Assembly (NCBI GenBank): GCA_965222115.1
Contig: CBDCTJ010000007.1
Span: 1,440,001 to 1,504,000 of the forward strand
Source: Planctomycetota bacterium
Lineage (GTDB): Bacteria; Planctomycetota; PLA2; JAEUHO01
Direction: 5' to 3'
Length of the DNA stretch: 64,000 nucleotides
In this document: positions 56,529 through 64,000 of the stretch, piece by piece
How the letters are laid out: every line of letters begins with the position of its first letter
How positions within the stretch are numbered: position 1 is the first letter of the stretch
The notes under the pieces: generated by a model
The model's input: only the letters and a program-made list of their open reading frames with translations
Databases searched by the model: none
Told to the model about the DNA's origin: nothing
Translations under genes and position numbers: made by a program

Positions 56529-57053
56529 CGACAGCACCAGCGGGCCGCGCGTAACAAGGGCGAGAGTCCCGCGCTGAAGCCCGGTCGCACGCTCACCGCC
56601 GACGTTCGCGATTCGAGTGAGCCAACGCCGAAGAGGCGTATCGGATTGAAGTAGGCGAACGCGCTCCGCAACCCCGTCAACACGTCAAGCCCTGAGCGTT
56701 GGGGCGAGACGGAACGCAGCGCCCTGCCAGTGGCGCCCACTCGTTAGCTCATTGTTCCGTGAGAAGCCGATCGAGTCTTCCTCCGCTGGCCCCACTGTGC
56801 GTGGCCGCTGCCGATAGGACTTCTCAGTCCGACGCTGGGAGACGGTTCCGAATGTCCATTCGCCAACATGCACCCTAGACAATTCGGGCTCGGTACGGGT
56901 TGGGGTGCTGGGCCTGGCTTGATACCTTCCCGGGCTGCCCAGGGGCTCAGGCTCAAAGTGGGCATCTCGCCAGCACGCCTTCAGTTGCGTGCCCGGTGCA
57001 CGTGTGGGGAAGCGTCCCCTGTGTCAAAGAGTTCTGGGCGTCAAGGAGTCGCA

Positions 57054-57650
57054 ATGAGCGAACGCAGTTACGAAGCCATGTTCATCCTGAACAACAACGC
57101 CGCGAGTGCGGATTGGGATGCAACGTCTGGCGCCGTCGATACTCTGCTCAAGAAGCACGGTGCGACCATTGTGAAGTCGGAAAAATGGGACGAGCGTAAG
57201 CTTGCCTACGAGATCAAGGGTCAGCGTCGCGCCACCTATTATCTCGTGTACTTCACATCCGATCCCGCATCGCTTGACGGCATGAACGAAGACTTGCGAC
57301 TCACGGAAAACGTCTTGCGCTATATGTTTCTTGCGCTTGAAGAGTCGATTGAAGATCACGTTCGCATTCGCGAAGAAGAGCGCGAACGCTTGGCGGAAGA
57401 CAGCCGTCGCAACTCGCTCGGCGGGTGGGGCGATAGCCGTCGCAATCGTCGCGGCCGCGACCGCCGTTCCATGAAGGGCAAGAGCGAAGGCGAAAAAGCT
57501 GCCCCCAAAACTGATGGTGCTGCAATCGCGGTGGCCACGCCCCCCGCCAAAGACACGCCGGCTGCAGAAAGCACGCCTGCGACCAAGGACGCGCCCGCTG
57601 CCCCGGCAACCGATGAGGCGCGAGCCAAGGAACCAGGCGACACGGCGTAA
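57054..57650 (+). CDS. rpsF: 30S ribosomal protein bS6 with a long C-terminal extension
   Basis: aaggag RBS; YEAMFIL, WDERKLAYEIK and ENVLRY motifs. Confidence 0.95.
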   Translation: MSERSYEAMFILNNNAASADWDATSGAVDTLLKKHGATIVKSEKWDERKLAYEIKGQRRATYYLVYFTSDPASLDGMNEDLRLTENVLRYMFLALEESIEDHVRIREEERERLAEDSRRNSLGGWGDSRRNRRGRDRRSMKGKSEGEKAAPKTDGAAIAVATPPAKDTPAAESTPATKDAPAAPATDEARAKEPGDTA

Positions 57651-57715
57651 TCCGCGCATACTACACGAATTTGGGACGGTGAAGATCGTCCATCGATTTC
57701 AAAGGAACGTACACC

Positions 57716-57988
57716 ATGGCGAAGAAGTTCATCGCGAGCAATACGAAGCTCAAGAACCTGCGCAAGTTGATGAAGTCGCAGGCCGATCGCAATCGCTGCC
57801 GCTTCACCCGTGCGCGCATTCACTACATCGACTACAAAGACGTGTCCACGCTGCAAAAGATGGTGAGCCAGCAAGGCAAGATTCACGGCCGCAAGCGCAC
57901 CGGTACGCGCAGTCACTTTCAACGCGAGTTGAGTCGCGCCATCAAGCGCGCTCGGTTCATGGCCCTCATGCCCTACACGGGACGCTAA
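57716..57988 (+). CDS. rpsR: 30S ribosomal protein bS18
   Basis: IDYKDVSTL, GKIHGRKRTG and QRELSRAIKRARFMALMPY motifs. Confidence 0.96.
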   Translation: MAKKFIASNTKLKNLRKLMKSQADRNRCRFTRARIHYIDYKDVSTLQKMVSQQGKIHGRKRTGTRSHFQRELSRAIKRARFMALMPYTGR

Positions 57989-58097
57989 GTCGCATCTCAT
58001 TGTTTAGGCTCATCGTTTAGAAATTTGGTCGGCCCGGCAAACCAGGGCGCAACACGTACCGATTGCTGGCGCGCATCACGCGCGCGGAGAGTTCATC

Positions 58098-58664
58098 ATG
58101 GCTATTGAAGTGCTTTTGCGTCGCTCGATCGAAGGCGTGGGAATTGTTGGCGAAGTCGTCAAGGTGAAGAACGGTTATGCCCGCAACTACCTCTTCCCCA
58201 TGTCCTACGCTTCACCCGTCACCGCCGACGCCCTTCGCAACATTGAGAAGGACAAGGCCGCGCAACTCGTTCGCGAAAAAGACATGGCGAAGAAGCGCGA
58301 CTTGTTGCTTGAGCGTTTGGCCGATGTGAAGCTCACCATTGAGGCTCGCGCGGGCGACGACGGCCACCTGTATGGATCGGTGGGACCGCGCCAAGTGGTG
58401 CTCGGGCTCCAGGGAATCGGCATCGACGACTTTGAAGAGCGTCAGGTCACACTCGAAACGGTGCGCGAACTCGGCGAGTACGAGGCCGAACTCAACTTGG
58501 GCGCCGGAGTGACTCACGCACTCCCCATCTGGGTCACCCAAGACGCCATCGAAGCGGAAGAACAGCGTGAAGCCGCCGAGGCCGAGGCCGCGCGCATTGC
58601 CGAGATGGGCGATGCCGAAGAGGGTGGCGAGGGCTATGGCGGAGATCTCCTCGACGCCGAATAG
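58098..58664 (+). CDS. rplI: 50S ribosomal protein bL9
   Basis: GEVVKVKNGYARNYLFP and GHLYGSV motifs. Confidence 0.97.
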   Translation: MAIEVLLRRSIEGVGIVGEVVKVKNGYARNYLFPMSYASPVTADALRNIEKDKAAQLVREKDMAKKRDLLLERLADVKLTIEARAGDDGHLYGSVGPRQVVLGLQGIGIDDFEERQVTLETVRELGEYEAELNLGAGVTHALPIWVTQDAIEAEEQREAAEAEAARIAEMGDAEEGGEGYGGDLLDAE

Positions 58665-58759
58665 ATCATAAGGATCTCTCTCTCGTTCAGCCGTCGCTAG
58701 TTGGTCGCATTGCATCGATTGCGATCTGCCAAAGCTGCCTCGACATTGGGGGCGAATTG

Positions 58760-58910
58760 GTTCTTTAAATTGTCTATACACTTAGCTTGCCCGACAGCTT
58801 GAATCGACATAAGATATTGTAAATACACGACTTATGTAAAAAGATCGTGTAAAGGCTGTGGAAAGACGGTGCACAACCCAAGGGAGGGGGGGCGCGGCGA
58901 TCCACAAGGT
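58760..58910. promoter_or_regulatory. AT-rich tract with clustered DnaA-box-like 9-mers upstream of dnaB
   Basis: TGTGGAAAG 58857-58865, TATGTAAAA 58833-58841, CGTGTAAAG 58846-58854, CGATCCACA 58898-58906 and CTATACACT 58774-58782 are each 1-2 mismatches from TTWTNCACA or its complement. Confidence 0.45.
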
Positions 58911-58962
58911 TTCTGAACGGAATGTGTCTCCATGGATGGCCATTGAAGGCAGATGCGAGGGC

Positions 58963-58992
58963 GGGTGTCCTTGGGACGAGTGTCCTTGGGGT
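58963..58992 (+). repeat. 15-bp tandem duplication upstream of dnaB
   Basis: gggtgtccttgggac / gagtgtccttggggt. Confidence 0.7.
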
Positions 58993-59107
58993 TGGCGACA
59001 ATCCCGGGTTACTCGGTTGATCCGAGGACGGGCCACGTGTCCCATTTCTTTGGTCGTTCGTTGGGCGCGTACCGCTGCGGCGGCACGCATGGGTGCGCGG
59101 AGCAGGC

Positions 59108-60628
59108 ATGATCGACCGTAATGGAGGCAGTCCTATTGAAGGCGTTGAGGGCGTCGCCTCCCAGGGTGAATCGAACTCGCCAACCCATAGCTCGCAAACC
59201 CTTGTTGTCGACGGCGCGTCGCCCAAGGAGATGGCCCCCAAAGACATTGCGCGGGTGCCGCCCCACAACCTCGACGCCGAGCGCATGCTCCTGGGGTCCA
59301 TTCTTCAAGACGGCGAACTCACGGGCGGCGAAAAGATGGGCCTCGTTTTGCCCGTCATCAAGCGCACCGATTTCTATCGCGGGGTTCATGGCCGGCTCTA
59401 TGACGTTCTAAAGTCGCTCTACGATCGCGGCGAACCCATCGATCCCGTGATTGTGTTTGAAGAGTGTCGCCGGTTGGGCATTCAAGATGAAATTGGTGGC
59501 GTCGACTACTTGGTGTCGCTTTACGAGTCGGTTGCCAGCCCGTCCAACGCGGAAGAGTACGCGCGCATTGTGCGCGACAAGTCGTTGCAACGCGCCCTCA
59601 TCATTACCACCGACGACATTCGCCACAAGGCCTATACGGGTGGCGCGCGCGGCGATGAACTCCTCGAACTTGCGGAAGCGCGCATCTTTGAGCTCGGCAA
59701 ACGAACCGAGGTCGATCGGCTTCAGAGCATCAACGATCTCGTCATGGAGGCCATGGCCGACATTGATCGCGGTGGCGTGGATCCCAACACCATTCGATCG
59801 GGGTTCATTGACTTTGACAACATGACGGGCGGGCTACGGCCGGGCGAGTTGATTATTGTTGCTGGTCGCCCATCGATGGGAAAGAGCACGTTTGCGCTAA
59901 ATGTTGCACTCAATGCTGCTATGCGTCCGCGAGAACAAGGCCGCCGCCGCGTCGCCATCTTTAGTTTGGAAATGTCGGCGAAGAACGTGGCGCAAAACAT
60001 GTTGAGCGCCTTTTCCGAAGTGCCCGGGCGCTTCGTACGCGAAGGACGCTTTCTGACGCCCACGCATCGCAGCAAGTTGCAAGAAGCCGCCGAGGCCTTG
60101 CATGGCGCCGACATTTTTATCGACGACAGCTCGCAACTAACACCCACCGGCTTGCGCGCCAAAGCGCGACGACTCAAGTCCAAGCCGGGTCTCGATCTGA
60201 TCGTGGTCGATTACCTGCAGTTGATGAGCGGCGACAGCGGAACGGGCAATTCGGAGAACCGCCAACAAGAGGTCTCCTACATCAGCCGCACGCTCAAAGG
60301 CATTGCGCGTGAGTTGGAAGTGCCCGTGATTGCACTGTCGCAGCTCAATCGCGCGGCCGAGAACCGAGAAGGCAATCGCCCCAAGCTCTCCGACCTCCGA
60401 GAGTCTGGCGCCATCGAGCAGGATGCCGACGTGATTGCGTTGCTCTTCCGCAAGGACTACTACCTACAAAAGGCGGGCAAGGCCGACGACGAAGTTGCGG
60501 CCGCTGCAGGCATCGCCGAAGTGATACTCGCCAAGCAACGAAATGGCCCCACCGGCGTAGTGAAACTCGTCTTTAAGCGCGACTGCCTGCGATTCATGAA
60601 CCTGCTCAATCAGCCCATCCCCGATTGA
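59108..60628 (+). CDS. dnaB: Replicative DNA helicase DnaB (no intein)
   Basis: PPHNLDAE, AGRPSMGKS, FSLEMS, VDYLQLM, LSQLNR, DLRESGAIEQDAD and KQRNGPTG motifs. Confidence 0.98.
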   Translation: MIDRNGGSPIEGVEGVASQGESNSPTHSSQTLVVDGASPKEMAPKDIARVPPHNLDAERMLLGSILQDGELTGGEKMGLVLPVIKRTDFYRGVHGRLYDVLKSLYDRGEPIDPVIVFEECRRLGIQDEIGGVDYLVSLYESVASPSNAEEYARIVRDKSLQRALIITTDDIRHKAYTGGARGDELLELAEARIFELGKRTEVDRLQSINDLVMEAMADIDRGGVDPNTIRSGFIDFDNMTGGLRPGELIIVAGRPSMGKSTFALNVALNAAMRPREQGRRRVAIFSLEMSAKNVAQNMLSAFSEVPGRFVREGRFLTPTHRSKLQEAAEALHGADIFIDDSSQLTPTGLRAKARRLKSKPGLDLIVVDYLQLMSGDSGTGNSENRQQEVSYISRTLKGIARELEVPVIALSQLNRAAENREGNRPKLSDLRESGAIEQDADVIALLFRKDYYLQKAGKADDEVAAAAGIAEVILAKQRNGPTGVVKLVFKRDCLRFMNLLNQPIPD

Positions 60629-61002
60629 TCCTGCCCGCAGCGCAGTACCGCGGAGGGAATCTTGTTCGTGGCGCGGCCCACGCCGGCGCGTCGTGACAGA
60701 TCCATGACGCCCACGTGAAGCAACGACTCTCGTCCTCGAAGCGCGGTCTCGACCGTGCAAAAAGCGCCTAATTAGGGAAAATCTGGCGCTGCGAGATTCC
60801 GATTCCAAACACTACAATCCGGCTTACCTAACAGACAGGCGCGAAACAACGGGTCGAGTTTGCTCGGCGTCCGTGTTTCGGGAGGGGCCGGCGGACGTTC
60901 GTTCGTCGTGCGCGGAAACAACAGACGATTTCTCTCGCTGGATCACTCGACCGAACGAAGCACGGCTTCGAGTGCCCTGGTGCTGGAGCACAAACAAACA
61001 CC

Positions 61003-63939
61003 ATGCAGAGGGAGAAACAAGCGGCGAATCAATGGCAACGGGCGACCACGCACAGTGTGTGTTCGCGTGCGCCTCGCCGCCCGTTTGTTTGTATCGCCGC
61101 GAGTGCACTGCTGATGTTGGTGGGTATCGGCTTGGGTCACGCAACGCGAAGTGTTCACGCGGAGGGCGAGCGCGGATTCAAGCCCTCACCGTTTCACGGG
61201 TCGGTGCCTTATGGCCAGACCAAGTCCTATCCCTATCCCGCGAGTCACGTTCCTTCTACGCAGCGGGGCGCCGCGCAAACCGTTCCAACCACGTACCGCC
61301 CGCGCATCTTGATGGATGGCTCTCCCGACGGTCAACCCCTTCCACCGTTGCCAAAGTCGCCCTTACCCGGACCGGGCGATACGACCCGCACCCCACCTCC
61401 TCTACCGCCACTCTCCCCGCCCGGAGGCGCCACACCGTCACCGAATGGATCGGGACTCCCGCCTTTGCCCCCCGCGGGCAGTCGAGGCGGCGTGGGGTCG
61501 CCCGATGGCGCACCCACGCCATTTACCCCTGCAACGCCTAGCGTTCGCGCGCCGTCCCCGCGCTCGTCGCGTTCAGCGATGTCCATGAGTGATTTGAGTG
61601 ATCGCCCCATGGTGATGGGTATCGAATTCGACGGCAATCAACTGTTCAGCAAGGGCAGTCTAGAAACGCGTATGCGCACCAAGGTGGGGCGTCGCTTTGA
61701 TCCCAATGCGTTTGATGCCGACATGGCCGAACTCTATCGCTTCTTTCAGACCATACAGGTCGTCAGTCGGCGCGTTCAGGGCGGCGTCATCTTGCGCTTC
61801 TTGGTATCCGAGAATCCGCTTGTGACCCGCCTACGAATTCGCGGCGTCGCCGAGATGGAAGAAACCGACATTCGGCAGCTCATGCGCACACGCCAAGGTT
61901 ATCCCTTCAGTCGCTTCCAACTCTCGCAGGATCGCAAGGACATTGTTGAAGCCTACCGTCAACGCGGGTTTCATTTCGCCCATGTACCCGATCCCGTGGT
62001 CACGCGCTCGTCGGCCGGTGGACGCATGGTTACCGTTACAGTCGTTGAAGGGCCCAAAGTCGAAGTGGCGCGCATACTGTTTCGCGGCAACAATCACATT
62101 CCACGCAAAGACCTGATGAAAGTTATGCGCACCAATGAGCCCGACTTTTTGGAACGCATTACAAATTCGACGTTCTTCAATGAAGCTACATTGCGTCAAG
62201 ACCTTGTGGCGCTAAAGCAGCTCTATCGAGACCGTGGATATCTCGATGCCGAGGTGGCGCTTGAAGAGATGCGGTTTTCCGATGACAAGGAAGAGGTACA
62301 AGTCACCATTGCCATTCGCGAGCATCAGCTCTACCGCGTAGGCAATGTCATCGTGGAGATTGAGCGTCAGCCGGGAGGCGGCGTGGGCGCGCCCTCGGCC
62401 GACGACGCGGCATACTTCACGCAAGATCGAATACGTTCGTGGATCGGTCTTCGGCAGGGCGGTCCGTACAGCGGAAAGGTGTTGGCGGAAGGCGTCAAGC
62501 GCGTGCGCGAGGAGTACGGGAAGCGCTCCTTTATGGATGTGCAAGTGTTGCCGCCGCGCTATCAAGGTCGCCCACGCTCGCAGGTGGTGGACCTCACCAT
62601 CAAGGTCAAGGAGGGCGCCAAGTATCGCTTGGCCCGCGTTGACGTCATTGGCAACGAGTTCACGCGAGACAAGATCTTGCGTCGCGATGTGAAAACCGCG
62701 CCGGGCGGTTACGTCGATAGCAACGAACTCGAGCGGGGACTCTCGCGGATTCAACGAACGCGCTTTTTCGATCGCGCAACGTTGCGCCTCGACGATGCGG
62801 TGGGACCCGATGGCGAGTTGTTGCCGGGGTATAAGACGGCAACCTATGAAGTGCAGGAAGGCAAAACGGGTAAGGCCAGCTTCGGACTTCAGTTGGCCAC
62901 CAACGGTGGGTTTGGCGGCACGATTCAGTTCCGCAAGCGCAACTTCGATATCACCCGTTTCCCTACTTCATGGGCCGACATCGAGTCGGGGCGTGCATTC
63001 ACGGGTGCAGGGCAAGAGTTCAATATCTTCCTCGCGCCCAGTACACAGGAGTCGGCGTTCTCGATTGGCTTCCGCGAGCCACGACTCTTTGGATCGGATT
63101 GGTCACTCGATCTCGCGGCGTATCGCCGCTTCGGGTTCCGCGAGTCATTCGTCACCGACCGTTGGGGCTATGTCGTTGGATTGGGCTACCCCCTGTACCG
63201 GGCAGACGACGACACCACGGTGCTCACCGCGGGCATGAGTTGGCGACACGAGTGGGTGGATATCGGAAACATCGGCAGTGGTGCGGTGCCGGGCGCCTAC
63301 CTTTTCCGGCGCGAACACGAACTACGCGCGTTGTCTGCGCAACTTCGTTTGTTCCGCACCGACGACATTCGCGATGGCCGTTGGGAGTCCACCACCAACG
63401 CTCGCTTTGAATCCGCAGGCGGATTCCTTGGCGGCGATCTCGACTTCCGCAAGGCCGAGCTTTCGCATCGCCACATGCATGTGATTCATGAAGATGAAGA
63501 CGGCAAGAAGCACCGTGTCTCAGGACGAACTTCTCTGCAGTGGGGGAAGGCCTTTGGCGACACACCCGAGTTGCCACCCTACGAACGCTTCTACGCTGGT
63601 GGTCGCAACTTCCGCGGATTTTCCTTCCGCGGTATGGGACCCCACATCAACGGTCGTCCCACCGGCGGCGAATGGGCGTGGATCAGTTCGCTCGAATATG
63701 AGTATCCGATTGTGGCCAAACGCATTGCGGGCGTGGTGTTTACCGATTTCGGAACGCTCGGTACCACCATTCATGACGACGACGCCTACGACTGGCGTCT
63801 CTCGGTCGGCTTTGGCCTGCGAATCGCGATACCCATGTTGGGCGAACGACCCCTCGCACTCGATTTCGGCTTCCCCTTGCTCTACGAGGACGAAGACGAG
63901 CGCAGCCTCGTGAGCTTCTCCATGGGCAGAGAATTCTAG
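61003..63939 (+). CDS. bamA: Outer-membrane protein assembly factor BamA (Omp85) with a Pro-rich N-terminal extension
   Basis: POTRA repeats (IEFDGN, ILFRGN..YRDRGYLDA, IGNEFTRDKILRR); beta-barrel with RFYAGG..FRGF; C-terminal Phe. Confidence 0.93.
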   Translation: MQREKQAANQWQRATTHSVCSRAPRRPFVCIAASALLMLVGIGLGHATRSVHAEGERGFKPSPFHGSVPYGQTKSYPYPASHVPSTQRGAAQTVPTTYRPRILMDGSPDGQPLPPLPKSPLPGPGDTTRTPPPLPPLSPPGGATPSPNGSGLPPLPPAGSRGGVGSPDGAPTPFTPATPSVRAPSPRSSRSAMSMSDLSDRPMVMGIEFDGNQLFSKGSLETRMRTKVGRRFDPNAFDADMAELYRFFQTIQVVSRRVQGGVILRFLVSENPLVTRLRIRGVAEMEETDIRQLMRTRQGYPFSRFQLSQDRKDIVEAYRQRGFHFAHVPDPVVTRSSAGGRMVTVTVVEGPKVEVARILFRGNNHIPRKDLMKVMRTNEPDFLERITNSTFFNEATLRQDLVALKQLYRDRGYLDAEVALEEMRFSDDKEEVQVTIAIREHQLYRVGNVIVEIERQPGGGVGAPSADDAAYFTQDRIRSWIGLRQGGPYSGKVLAEGVKRVREEYGKRSFMDVQVLPPRYQGRPRSQVVDLTIKVKEGAKYRLARVDVIGNEFTRDKILRRDVKTAPGGYVDSNELERGLSRIQRTRFFDRATLRLDDAVGPDGELLPGYKTATYEVQEGKTGKASFGLQLATNGGFGGTIQFRKRNFDITRFPTSWADIESGRAFTGAGQEFNIFLAPSTQESAFSIGFREPRLFGSDWSLDLAAYRRFGFRESFVTDRWGYVVGLGYPLYRADDDTTVLTAGMSWRHEWVDIGNIGSGAVPGAYLFRREHELRALSAQLRLFRTDDIRDGRWESTTNARFESAGGFLGGDLDFRKAELSHRHMHVIHEDEDGKKHRVSGRTSLQWGKAFGDTPELPPYERFYAGGRNFRGFSFRGMGPHINGRPTGGEWAWISSLEYEYPIVAKRIAGVVFTDFGTLGTTIHDDDAYDWRLSVGFGLRIAIPMLGERPLALDFGFPLLYEDEDERSLVSFSMGREF

Positions 63940-64000
63940 GCGTTTGACCCCCAGTGGGGATCACAATCGAGCAATGGGTACCGGGCCCCGTACGATGCGC

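Noticed and set aside
58805-58842. CATAA...TTATGTAAA considered as a dif (XerCD) site
   Set aside because: The arms are separated by 19 bp rather than the 6-bp dif core.
59108-60628. Possible intein in dnaB
   Set aside because: The length is normal and the helicase motifs are contiguous.
60805-60830. ACAATCCGGCTTA considered as the 3' end of RNase P RNA
   Set aside because: There is no upstream GAGGAAAGTCC core. It is more simply a TACAAT -10 element for bamA.

Overview
GC-rich chromosomal core region from a PVC-superphylum bacterium, most likely Planctomycetota (PVC signature small basic protein at 26049-26282, many exported HEAT/NPCBM/VWA proteins, two ECF sigma/anti-sigma pairs). Contents: the 3' part of the complex I operon (nuoG'-H-I-J-K-L-M-N), a ~1600-aa Ig-repeat lipoprotein, tetR-queD, dsbD, larA, an ECF pair, a class IV aminotransferase, an orphan ABC permease, a HEAT protein, a SPOR protein, pdxA, VWA and NPCBM proteins, PP2C plus a second ECF pair, recG, a HEAT protein plus lytic transglycosylase, rho, coaE, a TM/coiled-coil/BRCT protein, tatC-ychF-cinA, tRNA-Gln, glmU-prs-rplY-pth-rpsF-rpsR-rplI, dnaB and bamA. 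I found no integrase, transposase, phage gene or CRISPR array. Best leads: (1) an anti-sigma factor with an extracytoplasmic CxxCH heme-c motif; (2) recurrent 15-bp-period tandem micro-duplications at gene ends; (3) a HEAT protein carrying a secretin-like segment; (4) an AT-rich DnaA-box-like cluster upstream of dnaB; (5) seven genes with a leaderless TAnnnT-N6-start signature. All calls come from reading motifs by eye; no searches were run.
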